Shown: positions 20,457 through 30,718 of the stretch, in pieces
Numbering within the stretch: the first letter of the stretch is position 1
Layout of the letters: every line of letters starts with the position of its first letter
Assembly: GCA_002433055.1 (NCBI GenBank)
Contig: DJHJ01000026.1
Span: forward strand, 12,447 to 76,446
DNA from: Acidobacteriia bacterium UBA6623
GTDB lineage: Bacteria; Acidobacteriota; Terriglobia; Bryobacterales; UBA6623
Reading direction: 5' to 3'
Length of the DNA: 64,000 bases
Made by a program: the position numbers and the translations under genes
The notes under the pieces: generated by a model
What the model was told of the DNA's origin: nothing
Seen by the model: only the letters and a program-made list of their open reading frames with translations
Database searches by the model: none

Positions 20457-21410
20457 ATGACAGATTTTCCCAGACGTAAATTCCTACAGCTGACACCTCT
20501 ACTAACCATGCTCGACCAAACAAGGGTTCCTGCGAAGAGCTCGACTCCAATTAAAACAATTCCACCCATTTGTATGTTTTCGAAACATCTTTCATTTTTG
20601 GATTACAAACATCTCGGTCGTACACTTAAGCAGATCGGCTTTGATGGTGTTGACCTCACAGTTCGACCCAAAGGGCACGTCCTGCCAGAAAATGTCGAAC
20701 GGGATCTTCCCATCGCAACCGAAAAGATTCGCGCAGAAGGCATTGACGTGCCCATGATTACCACTAACCTTACGTCCTCAAATGATCCAGCAGCATCGAC
20801 AACTCTGCGCACTGCAGTCAACCTTGGGATCCCATACTATAAATTGGGCTACTACTACTATCGTGATCTCAAAGAGCTCGATGCCACGCTTGCTCGTGTT
20901 AAAAAATCAGTTGAGGGGCTCGCCGCTCTTGGGAGCCAGGTTGGCATTCAAGGAGGTTTCCACACGCACCAGGGACGCACTGTCGGAGCGGCGATGTGGG
21001 ACAACTGGTGGATTCAGCGCGACCTTGATTTGCCATCTATGGGGTTTTACTTTGATCCCTGTCATGCCACTGTTGAAGGCGGCAACTGGGGATGGAAAAT
21101 CGGCTTCCACCGTCTGTCATCTCGAATCAATATGGTTTCCCTGAAAGACTTCTACTGGGAAAAAAAATTCGGCAAGTGGAAAATGAGCTACTGTCCCATG
21201 GGGGAAGGCATGGTCCGCTTCGATGAATTCTTTCAACTGCTCGCTTCGATTAGTTTCCATGGGCCGATTTCGGTACATCTAGAATACGATATTAACGGTG
21301 CAACAGAATCAGCCAGACACAGTAATACATTGTCTGCCATTGAGAAGGATCTGAAATTTGTGCAAGACAAACTAACACAGGCCTATAGTATTTCGGGTAG
21401 CAGACCGTAA
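20457..21410 (+). CDS. Sugar phosphate isomerase/epimerase (xylose-isomerase-like TIM barrel), Tat-exported
   Basis: PRRKFL Tat motif; GFDGVDLTVRPKGHV, FDPCH, LKDF, ISVHLEY. Confidence 0.8.
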   Translation: MTDFPRRKFLQLTPLLTMLDQTRVPAKSSTPIKTIPPICMFSKHLSFLDYKHLGRTLKQIGFDGVDLTVRPKGHVLPENVERDLPIATEKIRAEGIDVPMITTNLTSSNDPAASTTLRTAVNLGIPYYKLGYYYYRDLKELDATLARVKKSVEGLAALGSQVGIQGGFHTHQGRTVGAAMWDNWWIQRDLDLPSMGFYFDPCHATVEGGNWGWKIGFHRLSSRINMVSLKDFYWEKKFGKWKMSYCPMGEGMVRFDEFFQLLASISFHGPISVHLEYDINGATESARHSNTLSAIEKDLKFVQDKLTQAYSISGSRP

Positions 21411-21522
21411 AATCTCTTGCGAGATCTGCGTCATTAATTGATATACCTATTGACGCGACAGTGCCAAGTCTTTAACACTTGTTGTGCACAACACATAAAA
21501 TTGGAAACTTAATGGAGACGAT

Positions 21523-23574
21523 ATGCTCACATTTGTACGCATTTTAGCTTGCACACTTTTTTTTGTTACATGTGCGTTATCGCGAGTGGTAAGCGTAGAA
21601 ATAAAGACTCGATCATCCGTGCTCGGTGGTCAACAATTCGGACTAGCAGGCTCCTATGAAGCGATCGGGGGCAAGATTCACTTTGCAGTTGACCCTTCGG
21701 TTGCCGTGAATCAAATTATCACTGATATCAATCTGGCGCCGAGAAATGCTAGCGGTGAAGTAGAATTTAGTTCGGATTTTTTTCTTATCCGTCCGGCCGA
21801 TATGTCACGCTCTAACGGTGCGTTACTCATCGACATTCCCAATCGTGGAGGAAAAACCGCTATCCGAATGTTTAACAGGCCCGGTCGACAATTCGATCGG
21901 AATCGCGATTGGCGGATGCTGAACACAAAAGAAGATTATGGCGACGGATTTTTACTGCGAGAAGGTTTTACTATTCTTGCCGTTGGATGGCAATTCGACC
22001 CGCCGCACGAAAAAAGTCGGATGCGGTTATATACCCCCACTGCTAAACGAGATGGGGAAACCATTCGGGGAGTTGTGCGTGCTGATTTTGTGGTCAGCGA
22101 TCGCGTCCAGCATCACATTCTTTCAGACCGAAACCATGTCCCCTACGAAGTAGCGGATTCGACTGACGCAGTCAATCAACTCTCAGTTCGGGATACTGTC
22201 GAAGGAGTACGGAGAGTTATCCCGCGTGCAAAATGGCGCTTCGCCCGTGTTGAAAAAGGTGTACCAGTCGCCTCATCGACACATGTCTATCTGGAGGGTG
22301 GCTTCAGTCCGGCAAAAATATATGAGGCTGTATATATTTCGAAAGATCCGCCCATAGTCGGCCTCGGGCCTGCTGCGGTTCGCGATGTCGCTTCCTATTT
22401 CAAGTTCAATGGATCAACCGAGCTCGGCATACCTCAACGCTCGCTGAGTAGAACTTTGGCGTATGGGATATCTCAATGTGGTCGTTTTTTACGGACATTT
22501 ATGTACTACGGATTCAATGAGGACGAACAAGGGCGTCGCGCCTTGGACGGTGTTATCTCTCATGTCGCCGGTGGAGGACGCGGCAGTTTCAATCATCGTT
22601 TCGCTCAACCCTCACGCGATGCCCATCCTTTTATGAATTTTTTTCATCCCACGGATATATTTCCGTTTACTGACCGTAAGCAGACCGACCCTATAACTGG
22701 TCGATCCGACGGTCTGCAAGTGCATCGCCTCAAACCAAACCTCCGCCCGAAGGTTTTCTACACAAATTCAGCATATGAATACTGGGGGCGTGCTGCGTCA
22801 CTAATTCACACAAGCCTCGATGGCAATCAGGATATTGAACCACTCGACAATACACGGATATACCTCTTTGCGGGTAGTCAACACGGACCAGCGACCTTTC
22901 CGCCGCCACAGACAACAGGAATACAACCCGACAATCCGATGGATTTCAGCTGGCCGATGCGAGCTCTTCTTACTGCTCTTGATCGATGGGTTGACAGTGG
23001 TGTCACACCACCGGCAAGTCGTTACCCACGAATTGACGATGGCACGCTCGTAAGTGTCGATAAGTTAAACTTTCCAGTCATTCCTGGTGTCAAAATTTCA
23101 TCTCGCATCCACAAGGCGTACCGAGCAGACTATGGTCCACAGTTTTACAGTGCAGGCATTGTGACCCATGAGCCGCCAAAAATCGGCAAGGCTTTCCCCG
23201 TTTTGGTCCCTGCGGTTGACAATGATGGGAATGATCGTTCAGGTATTATTCTTCCCGAATTAAGTGTTCCACTTGCAACTTACTTAGGCTGGAATACTTT
23301 CAATCAACGATCTGGCCCGAGTCAGGAAATAACAAGTATGAATGGATCGTTTGTTCAGTTTGCTCGCACGAAAATCGAACGAAAAACGACTGGAGATCCA
23401 CGATTGTCGATCGAAGAACGCTATCGCGACCGTGAACAGTATATTGGAAAAATTACTGATGCCGCAATCGATCTGATGGATGAAGGGTATTTAGTGCCGG
23501 CCGATGTGCCACATGTAATACGAGTAGCTGGTGAGCATTGGGATACTCTAGTAGACGGCAAGAGGACGAATTAA
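21523..23574 (+). CDS. Secreted alpha/beta hydrolase domain protein
   Basis: Signal peptide; PNRG, VGWQFD, GISQCG nucleophile elbow, EYWGR, QHG. Confidence 0.75.
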   Translation: MLTFVRILACTLFFVTCALSRVVSVEIKTRSSVLGGQQFGLAGSYEAIGGKIHFAVDPSVAVNQIITDINLAPRNASGEVEFSSDFFLIRPADMSRSNGALLIDIPNRGGKTAIRMFNRPGRQFDRNRDWRMLNTKEDYGDGFLLREGFTILAVGWQFDPPHEKSRMRLYTPTAKRDGETIRGVVRADFVVSDRVQHHILSDRNHVPYEVADSTDAVNQLSVRDTVEGVRRVIPRAKWRFARVEKGVPVASSTHVYLEGGFSPAKIYEAVYISKDPPIVGLGPAAVRDVASYFKFNGSTELGIPQRSLSRTLAYGISQCGRFLRTFMYYGFNEDEQGRRALDGVISHVAGGGRGSFNHRFAQPSRDAHPFMNFFHPTDIFPFTDRKQTDPITGRSDGLQVHRLKPNLRPKVFYTNSAYEYWGRAASLIHTSLDGNQDIEPLDNTRIYLFAGSQHGPATFPPPQTTGIQPDNPMDFSWPMRALLTALDRWVDSGVTPPASRYPRIDDGTLVSVDKLNFPVIPGVKISSRIHKAYRADYGPQFYSAGIVTHEPPKIGKAFPVLVPAVDNDGNDRSGIILPELSVPLATYLGWNTFNQRSGPSQEITSMNGSFVQFARTKIERKTTGDPRLSIEERYRDREQYIGKITDAAIDLMDEGYLVPADVPHVIRVAGEHWDTLVDGKRTN

Positions 23575-23668
23575 TTACGGGTCGAACTGCTACAATTTCT
23601 ATGCACAGGGACGACAGCTGCACTCTTCCGAGTGGATAATTGTTGCCACGTGAAGACAGACTCTTTGT

Positions 23669-23696
23669 TTGACCCATCTGAAAACCTCTCTATAAT
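23669..23696 (+). promoter_or_regulatory. Sigma70-type promoter of rplU-rpmA
   Basis: TTGACC-N16-TATAAT, 35 nt before the rplU ATG. Confidence 0.6.
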
Positions 23697-23731
23697 GAGT
23701 TGTAGAGAGTTCACAGTCAGAGTTTTAAGCC

Positions 23732-24043
23732 ATGTATGCAATTATTGAGACGGGTGGAAAGCAGTACCCTATCGCGCCAGGAGATGAGCTGAAAGTCGAA
23801 CTGCTGGCAGGAGAACCTGGGACAGGTGTCGAATTTGATCGAATCGTAGCCATATCGAAAGATGACGGAACACTCCTAACCGGCGACGAGCTCAAATCAG
23901 CGAAAGTCCTCGCTACCATCGAGGGCGCAGAACGGGGCGAAAAGATCGTGGTGTTTAAATTCAAGCGCCGCAAACATTATCGACGCCGCACAGGACACAG
24001 GCAAAAGTACACCAAGGTGAAGATAAGTGACATAGTCGTATAA
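23732..24043 (+). CDS. rplU: 50S ribosomal protein L21
   Basis: MYAIIETGGKQY...KFKRRKHYRRRTGHRQ. Confidence 0.97.
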   Translation: MYAIIETGGKQYPIAPGDELKVELLAGEPGTGVEFDRIVAISKDDGTLLTGDELKSAKVLATIEGAERGEKIVVFKFKRRKHYRRRTGHRQKYTKVKISDIVV

Positions 24044-24081
24044 GCTTCATGTTGAATGCACGCAAGGAAAGAGATTAAACA

Positions 24082-24345
24082 ATGGCACACAAGAAAGGAC
24101 TAGGTAGTTCCAGAAACGGGAGGGACTCCAACGCACAGCGGCTAGGCGTGAAGCGTTTTGCAGGGGAGTTAGTTAGCGGTGGTTCAATTATAGTTCGTCA
24201 ACGTGGCACTAGATTTCATCCTGGAGAAAACGTCGGTAAAGGGAAAGACGATACCCTGTATGCAAAAGTAACCGGTGTAGTAAAGTTTTCTGACAGGGGC
24301 CGCATGGGACGTGTGATCTCTATCCACAGTCAGTCAGCCGATTGA
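24082..24345 (+). CDS. rpmA: 50S ribosomal protein L27
   Basis: [16 protein letters not shown]...RQRGT. Confidence 0.97.
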   Translation: MAHKKGLGSSRNGRDSNAQRLGVKRFAGELVSGGSIIVRQRGTRFHPGENVGKGKDDTLYAKVTGVVKFSDRGRMGRVISIHSQSAD

Positions 24346-24435
24346 CGCTTCATCTTTACCACATCTCACCTGATCGTTACTACGCCCATACTGCCAGCTA
24401 TACCTGCTCGCGCGCCAGAAGTGTTCGATTCAATA

Positions 24436-25209
24436 CTAGCTTGTGGTGAGACCACCATCCACAACAATGGTTTGACCTGTGACGTAACTAGATGCGTCTG
24501 AGCACAAGAAAAGAGCGGTTCCTTTTAATTCACCGCTTCTTCCAATTCGTCTGAGAGGGATGCGGTCTCGATAGTGTTCGGATACGCGATCTAGAATCTT
24601 TTCAGTCATACGTGATGGGAAAAACCCAGGCGCTAATGCGTTAACCCGTACACCATAAGGACCCCAGTTCCCTGCCAGCTCACGCGTCAAACCCATAACT
24701 CCCGCTTTGCTCGCCGCATAACCGGCCACACTTGCACCAGGAGCAGTACTTCCCCGAAGACCCGAAACCGAAGCAACGGTGAGTATGTTGCCTGTTTTTC
24801 GTTTAATCATGTGCTTGCCAATTGCTTGAGTGACGATCCAGGCACCAGTCAAGTTAACATCGAGTACTGCTCTCCACTTTTCCAACGGCATTTCTGCTGC
24901 ATCTGAACCCCAGGTTATACCTGCATTATTAACCAAGATGTCGACCTGTCCGAAACGTTTCAACACCTGCTGCACTGACTGATCGACTTCGGTCGGATCC
25001 GATACGTCACAAGTAGTGCCATCACACGAGAAGCCTTGGTTTTTAAATGCTGCAAGTGTAGGATCGAGCCAACTTTCTCTGCGGGCAACAAGAAATACTG
25101 CAGCTCCCGCTTCGGCTAGTCCTTCTGCAATCTCTGCACCTAAACCTCTCGAGCCTCCTGTGATAAGCGCAACTCTCCCCGTTAAGTCAAACAAAGATTT
25201 TGTATCCAT
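24436..25209 (-). CDS. Short-chain dehydrogenase/reductase (gluconate 5-dehydrogenase-like)
   Basis: TGGSRGLG, NNAG, YAASK, PGFFPS. Confidence 0.85.
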   Translation of the reverse strand: MDTKSLFDLTGRVALITGGSRGLGAEIAEGLAEAGAAVFLVARRESWLDPTLAAFKNQGFSCDGTTCDVSDPTEVDQSVQQVLKRFGQVDILVNNAGITWGSDAAEMPLEKWRAVLDVNLTGAWIVTQAIGKHMIKRKTGNILTVASVSGLRGSTAPGASVAGYAASKAGVMGLTRELAGNWGPYGVRVNALAPGFFPSRMTEKILDRVSEHYRDRIPLRRIGRSGELKGTALFLCSDASSYVTGQTIVVDGGLTTS

Positions 25210-25277
25210 CATGCGGTGCTAGTGTATCATTCGTTTCATGCCCACAAAGAATACCAGGGGAGAAATTGAAGCAGTAC

Positions 25278-25352
25278 TGGTAGCGCTACCGGGATTCGAA
25301 CCCGGATTTGAGCCTTGAGAGGGCCCTGTCCTAACCCTTAGACGATAGCGCC
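25278..25352 (-). tRNA. tRNA-Glu (anticodon CTC)
   Basis: Reverse complement GGCGCTA...GGGCC-CT-CTC-AA-GGCTC...GGTTCGAATCC...TAGCGCTACCA folds as a cloverleaf with encoded CCA. Confidence 0.95.
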
Positions 25353-25363
25353 GACTATCCACG

Positions 25364-25392
25364 ATTGTAAGAAAGGTCTGTATAGGGGTCAA
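25364..25392 (-). promoter_or_regulatory. Sigma70-type promoter of tRNA-Glu
   Basis: Minus strand TTGACC-N17-TACAAT, 11 nt before the tRNA 5' end. Confidence 0.7.
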
Positions 25393-25430
25393 GGTTTTTG
25401 CTGCACTGCTGATCCATCACCATCAGTCCG

Positions 25431-26105
25431 CTAACGCCGTACTTGCCATTTCTTGATTAGTAACTGTGCTTTAGAAATTTCTTCCGCAGTCATTGTCGTC
25501 CGAATTGTCTCCAGTGTGTTTTGATAATCGTCCGCATCGCTCACTGGAGCATGCATCCAAGCCAACCTTACCCACTTGTAGGCTTGTACATTATTTTGGA
25601 GAGTACCGTCGCCTCGGTGATACATCAATCCTAGGGTGAATTGTGCATCTATATCCCCTTGCTTAGCCGCTTCTTGGAACCATTTTACTGCCTCCGTGTA
25701 ATTTTTCTGGACTCCACGACCAGTGTCATACATCGTGCCCAAGTTGAATTGTGCGCTCGAATTTCCTTGTTTTGCGGCTTTACGATACCATTGGACAGAT
25801 TTCGCATAATCACGCGGTACCCCTTCACCAGTAGAGTACATGGAACCTATGTTGGACTGTGCCCGTGGGTCGCCCCGTTTGGCGGCGCGCAAGTACCACT
25901 TGAATGCTTCCGTTTGATCTTGTCGAACCCCATCACCAAATTGATAGATAGTACCTAACGACATCTGCGCTTCTACATTCCCTTGTTCGGCCAGTTGTCG
26001 CAGATCGACAACCTCGGGCCGTAATTGCTGTGCGGGCAAAAAGCCGCCACTGCCACCACTCAGAACTATCAGCAATATGCACAAATATACTGCTCGGTAC
26101 ACCAT
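25431..26105 (-). CDS. Secreted Sel1-repeat protein
   Basis: Signal peptide; about four AQxxLGxMYxxGxGVxxDxxEAxKW...AAxQG repeats. Confidence 0.9.
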   Translation of the reverse strand: MVYRAVYLCILLIVLSGGSGGFLPAQQLRPEVVDLRQLAEQGNVEAQMSLGTIYQFGDGVRQDQTEAFKWYLRAAKRGDPRAQSNIGSMYSTGEGVPRDYAKSVQWYRKAAKQGNSSAQFNLGTMYDTGRGVQKNYTEAVKWFQEAAKQGDIDAQFTLGLMYHRGDGTLQNNVQAYKWVRLAWMHAPVSDADDYQNTLETIRTTMTAEEISKAQLLIKKWQVRR

Positions 26106-26251
26106 TTATAAAGCATAGCGCACTAAATAATACGCAAAAACACATCAGTCTGAGTCTGTTAAGAGGTTAATGTTTAACTTATGATATAAGAGCCCAAGGA
26201 CTGGAAACTGTACTTGAAATCACAAGCTGATACCCAACTCAAAAGAAACAC

Positions 26252-27937
26252 ATGGCAGACCTAAATAAGACGTACGATGCTATTGTTGTCGGCAGTGGTG
26301 CATCAGGAGGTTTTGCTGCGAAAGAACTGACTGAAGGTGGCCTACAGGTACTACTTCTCGAAGCGGGCTCGCATCTCAACCCAGCAACTGATTTTACAAC
26401 TCACCGCTGGCCGTACGAAATGCCATTTCGAGGATTTGACAAACCGGGGGTTCGTGATTCGGTTTACCCAAACCAGTACACTGCTGATGAGTACAGTCGC
26501 ACGCTCTATATAGATGATCGAGATCACCCGTATACGACCCCTTCGGATAAGCCGTATCGCTGGATTCGGTCGCGCTGCGTCGGAGGAAAACTGTTACATT
26601 GGGGGCGCAATGCAAGACGCCTAAGCGATTTTGATTTCAAGGCAGCGGATCGCGACGGTTACGGTGAAAACTGGCCAATCAGCTATGCGGATCTCGCACC
26701 ATACTACGACAAAGTTGAACGCTTTATTGGAGTTAGCGCTTCAATAGAAAACATCGCACACTACCCTGACGGGAAATACCTTCCTCCATTCCCCTTAAAT
26801 TGTGGTGAAAGAATAGTGCAGAAACTCGCTCCCTCTTTAGGGTTAGGGATGCGTGTCGTCCCAAAACGAGCAGCACAACGAACGGTCGCTATCAACGGAT
26901 TGCCGGCTTGTCATTACTGCGGAAGCTGTGAACGCGGATGCGACATCGGTGCGTTTTGGAATTCCGCCTCCGACACTTTACAGGCAGCTTCCCGCACAGG
27001 TCGATTAACTTTGCGCCCGGATTCGGTGGTGCGTAAAATTCTCGTCGATGATACTGGCAATGCAAAAGGCATTTCCTTTGTGGACCGTAATACCAAAAAG
27101 GACTACGAAGTGAGAGGACGCGTCGTTGTACTTGGGGCATCAGCACTTGAATCAACGCGGATAATGTTGAATTCTCAATCGCGTTATTGGCCAAACGGAA
27201 TTGCAAATTCGAGTGGTCTTTTAGGGCATTACTTAATGGATAATTTTGGTGGACCAAGCGTTACGGGGCTGCTTCCCGTGCTACGCGATCGCGAGCCTGT
27301 CAATGAGGATGGCAAAGCTACTGGGGTTGATATTGTACCCTATCGCAATATCACCTCAAAGCATCCTGCGTTTATTCGTTCATATGTTCATGAAGGTGGA
27401 TCCGGAGCGCAAATATTTCCTTGGCACGCAAAAACTATGGTGGGGTACGGAAATCAATTCAAACGCACTGTTCGCAGTTATTATGGAGCACATATCGGCT
27501 TCAACACGCGCGCAGAAACCTTATCTCGCGTGGAAAATTTTGTGGAGCTAGATAGACGTACTGTCGACCGGTGGAACATTCCGACCCTGAAGATCCACTG
27601 CAAATTTGGAGCGAACGAGACTGCAATGGCTAAGGACGCAGTCGAAAACCTAACTGCACTTTTTGATGCGCTCAATGCAGAACACGTCCAAGTGGATCGC
27701 AATATACTAACACCGGGATCCATGATCCATGACATGGGGACTGCACGCATGGGTGCTGATCCAAAGAAAAGCGTTCTTAATGGGTACAACCAAACCCATG
27801 ATGTTTCAAATCTTTTTGTGGTCGATGGTGCGGCTTTTGTAACGTCTGGAGGCTACGGCCCGACATTGACTATCGCCGCATTATCTGTTCGAGCTTCGGA
27901 ATTTATACTTCAAAAATTAAAACGGGGTGAGATATAA
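26252..27937 (+). CDS. GMC-family flavoprotein oxidoreductase (glucoside 3-/gluconate 2-dehydrogenase large-subunit type)
   Basis: VGSGASG FAD motif, [16 protein letters not shown] Fe-S segment, [13 protein letters not shown]. Confidence 0.88.
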   Translation: MADLNKTYDAIVVGSGASGGFAAKELTEGGLQVLLLEAGSHLNPATDFTTHRWPYEMPFRGFDKPGVRDSVYPNQYTADEYSRTLYIDDRDHPYTTPSDKPYRWIRSRCVGGKLLHWGRNARRLSDFDFKAADRDGYGENWPISYADLAPYYDKVERFIGVSASIENIAHYPDGKYLPPFPLNCGERIVQKLAPSLGLGMRVVPKRAAQRTVAINGLPACHYCGSCERGCDIGAFWNSASDTLQAASRTGRLTLRPDSVVRKILVDDTGNAKGISFVDRNTKKDYEVRGRVVVLGASALESTRIMLNSQSRYWPNGIANSSGLLGHYLMDNFGGPSVTGLLPVLRDREPVNEDGKATGVDIVPYRNITSKHPAFIRSYVHEGGSGAQIFPWHAKTMVGYGNQFKRTVRSYYGAHIGFNTRAETLSRVENFVELDRRTVDRWNIPTLKIHCKFGANETAMAKDAVENLTALFDALNAEHVQVDRNILTPGSMIHDMGTARMGADPKKSVLNGYNQTHDVSNLFVVDGAAFVTSGGYGPTLTIAALSVRASEFILQKLKRGEI

Positions 27938-27956
27938 AGGGCTTCGGTAACGAAAT

Positions 27957-28499
27957 ATGGATAGACGTACAGTTTTGAAATTCGTTGGTGCTACTGTTTT
28001 GCAAAGTCGAGCAGAGACAGCTCGATCCCAGCTCCTTCAGATTTCGGAGAATCCTGCCACCTACCAACTTCAATTTTTCGACGCCGATGAGGGCCAGCTC
28101 CTTGACTGCCTCACAGAAATGATTATTCCGACTGACGATCATTCACCGGGAGCTCACGAAGCAAAGGTCCACGCGTTCATCGATCTCATTGTGTACCACA
28201 GTGACCAATCGACACAGCAGGCTTGGAATGCTGGTCTTCGAGCAGTACAGCAAGAAGCCGTCAGGCTTTTTGGGGACTCCTTAGTGAAATGCACATCGCA
28301 ACAACGTGAAAAAGTCATGAGTGCAATGGCAGCGAATGAGAAAGAACCCACGTCCGAATTAGAGCTGTTTTTTGAGCGGCTTAAATCGTTAACCATCGAT
28401 GGTTACTATACTTCTGCGATCGGCATCCATGAGGACTTACAATACCAGGGAAATAAACCGCAAATGAAGTTTCTCGGCTGTACGCATGATGACCATTAA
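27957..28499 (+). CDS. Gluconate 2-dehydrogenase subunit 3 family protein (Tat)
   Basis: MDRRTVLK; IIPTDDHSPGA, FID, GYYTSAIG; follows the GMC gene. Confidence 0.85.
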   Translation: MDRRTVLKFVGATVLQSRAETARSQLLQISENPATYQLQFFDADEGQLLDCLTEMIIPTDDHSPGAHEAKVHAFIDLIVYHSDQSTQQAWNAGLRAVQQEAVRLFGDSLVKCTSQQREKVMSAMAANEKEPTSELELFFERLKSLTIDGYYTSAIGIHEDLQYQGNKPQMKFLGCTHDDH

Positions 28500-28646
28500 A
28501 GTAATCCGCCCTTCAATTAACTGATAGAAAATTTAGATTGATTTCTTGTTACGTTTTGCCGCCCTTGATCCGTTTATTCAGAGCTGCTGGTAGACTTTAA
28601 TCGAGGTTTGCAATAGTAAATTAACAAACCACAGAAAGGTAACAGT

Positions 28647-28919
28647 ATGCAATTTATGCTTAGTTGGAAAATTACACCAGGTGATTACATAGCCTGTGCG
28701 AAGAGGTTTATTGAAACTGGTGGAGCTGATGTTGAAGGAATCACGACAATCGGACGATGGCACGCACCTGGATCTTCTTATGGGTGGCACCTGGTGGAAG
28801 GAACGCCAGAAGCAGTTGCGAACCAAGCCGCAGCCTGGAATCCGTATATCACTCTGGAGATAACACCTGTGATTACGGACGAAGTTGCAGCACCAGCCGT
28901 TGCTAGCGTGCTGGAGTAG
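28647..28919 (+). CDS. DUF3303 family small protein
   Basis: FMLSW, RFIETGG, IGRWH, ITPV; SD GAAAGGT. Confidence 0.75.
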   Translation: MQFMLSWKITPGDYIACAKRFIETGGADVEGITTIGRWHAPGSSYGWHLVEGTPEAVANQAAAWNPYITLEITPVITDEVAAPAVASVLE

Positions 28920-29090
28920 CGGTCTACGCTACTAAATGTATCAAGTAGTGCGCTTTTGGCTTATTTGATGCGAAACATATCAGAGAGTCTGACTGTACGC
29001 CGTTCGTGAAGAAATACACAGCGACGGCGTACGGTTCCCCGCAGTCAATTCCACCTATGAACAGCGTCTGGAACGGAGATCTTTATGTAT

Positions 29091-30668
29091 CTAGTCGTAA
29101 TATTCACGCCCGAGATGCGTAATCAACTCTTCACCGGCAAGCCACCGAAGCGTGTTCTTCAATTTCATAAGCTGTATGAAAATATCATGTTCCGGATAAA
29201 GGTCCTCGACCACCATCGGGCTTTTGAAATAGAATGATAACCATTCCTGAATTCCACCCATTCCAGCTCGCTGCGCCAAATCAAGAAACAATGCTAAATC
29301 TAAAACTAGAGGCGCTGCGAGAATTGAATCCCGGCATAAAAAATTCACCTTTATTTGCATCGGGGCACCCAGCCACCCAAAGATGTCAATATTGTCCCAT
29401 CCCTCTTTGGCATCACCTCTCGGTGGGTAATAATTTATGCGAACCATATGGTCGAAGTTCTTATAGAGGACAGGATATTCTTCGGGTTGAAGAATCACCT
29501 CCAACGCACCCAACTTACTGACTTCTTTTGTTTTAAAAGAGTCAGGATCATCCAAAACCTGGCCATCACGATTTCCAAGAATATTAGTGGAGAACCAGCC
29601 GTGGAGACCCAGTAAACGGCTTTTGAGTCCTGGCGCAAGCAGGGTTTTCATAAACGTTTGTCCGGTTTTGTAATCTTTACCACAAATTGGAACGTTCATC
29701 TTCTTGGCAAGTTCGAGCATTGCCGGAAAATCAAGTGTTAGATTCGGAGCTCCATTGGCAAACGGAACGCCAGATTTCAATGCTGCATAAGCGTAGATCT
29801 GCGATGGGGAAATCTCTGGGTCGCTCTGTAGTAGTCCTTTTTCAAACGCAGCCAAGTTCTCATGTGATCCTGTCGCCCGTTGATAAATCTCAGTCGAGCC
29901 ACACCAGATCATCACCGCTCGTGACAAGTTGTTTGATTGTTTGAAATCGGCAATATCCTGCATCAGCGCTTCAGCGTACTGCATTTTATTTGCAGCAGTC
30001 TTTTTATTCTGGCCGTCAATTCGTGTGACAAAACGATTTTCAAAAACTGCCGACATGGGCTGCACTGTTGACATTTCGTTTTGTACCTGGCTTAGCAGGC
30101 TCGAATCGATAACTGCAGCATGTCGTGCCGCCTCATACGCATTACTGTCATAAATATCCCAGCCACCAAACACCAATTGATCCAGCCCGGCCAACGGAAC
30201 AAGATCCTGCACCAAAGGATTCCGTGCATCTGTCCGTTTTCCTAGACGAACATGACCAAGTTGACTCAACGAACCAATCGGCTGGCTTAGTCCTTTTTTA
30301 ATCAGCTCAACGCCTCCAATAACGGTAGTAGCTACTGCTCCCATGCCAGGAAGAAGCACTCCCATCTTTCCCTCAGGTGGTGCGATTGTTGGTCGCATAC
30401 GTTTGGGTTGCGCTTCCTTCACTTTGTGCGCAGGTGATCGCAGCAAATCCGTCTGACGACTATCTGCGCGAAACAATTTCTGAGTGACTGCGTCGTGAAA
30501 TCGATCCAAACTTAAACCGAGCACTTCGGCTACCTGTGCCGCATCCGCAAGCTTCAAATCGCGCTCGCCTTTTATCAAACTAAGGTACAAGTGGTGATAT
30601 CCAGGTTTAACATGTTTTTCAAGCCTTCTAAGGTTGACAGCGTAAGTGTCGTGGGATTGTTGTGACAT
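29091..30668 (-). CDS. ino1: Myo-inositol-1-phosphate synthase with an approximately 90-aa N-terminal HTH-like extension
   Basis: PGMGAVATT, FGGWD, WCGSTE, GKDYKTGQT, NILGNRDG, YYPPRGDAKE, RDSILAAP; SD AAAGGT before ATG 30668. Confidence 0.92.
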   Translation of the reverse strand: MSQQSHDTYAVNLRRLEKHVKPGYHHLYLSLIKGERDLKLADAAQVAEVLGLSLDRFHDAVTQKLFRADSRQTDLLRSPAHKVKEAQPKRMRPTIAPPEGKMGVLLPGMGAVATTVIGGVELIKKGLSQPIGSLSQLGHVRLGKRTDARNPLVQDLVPLAGLDQLVFGGWDIYDSNAYEAARHAAVIDSSLLSQVQNEMSTVQPMSAVFENRFVTRIDGQNKKTAANKMQYAEALMQDIADFKQSNNLSRAVMIWCGSTEIYQRATGSHENLAAFEKGLLQSDPEISPSQIYAYAALKSGVPFANGAPNLTLDFPAMLELAKKMNVPICGKDYKTGQTFMKTLLAPGLKSRLLGLHGWFSTNILGNRDGQVLDDPDSFKTKEVSKLGALEVILQPEEYPVLYKNFDHMVRINYYPPRGDAKEGWDNIDIFGWLGAPMQIKVNFLCRDSILAAPLVLDLALFLDLAQRAGMGGIQEWLSFYFKSPMVVEDLYPEHDIFIQLMKLKNTLRWLAGEELITHLGREYYD

Positions 30669-30670
30669 AA

Positions 30671-30718
30671 TTTACCTTTAGTAAAAATTTAATAAATTAA
30701 ATTTACTCTGAGTAAATT
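30671..30718. promoter_or_regulatory. Two candidate operators TTTAC-N5-GTAAA (30671-30685 and 30702-30716)
   Basis: TTTACCTTTAGTAAA and TTTACTCTGAGTAAA; the second extends to the perfect inverted repeat AATTTACTC-T-GAGTAAATT (30700-30718). Confidence 0.65.

Noticed and set aside
24346-24435. obgE missing after rplU-rpmA
   Set aside because: Separation of obgE from this operon is common and uninformative
25431-26105. Periodic DNA similarity suggesting a repeat array
   Set aside because: Explained by 36-aa Sel1 protein repeats; no CRISPR-like repeat-spacer structure
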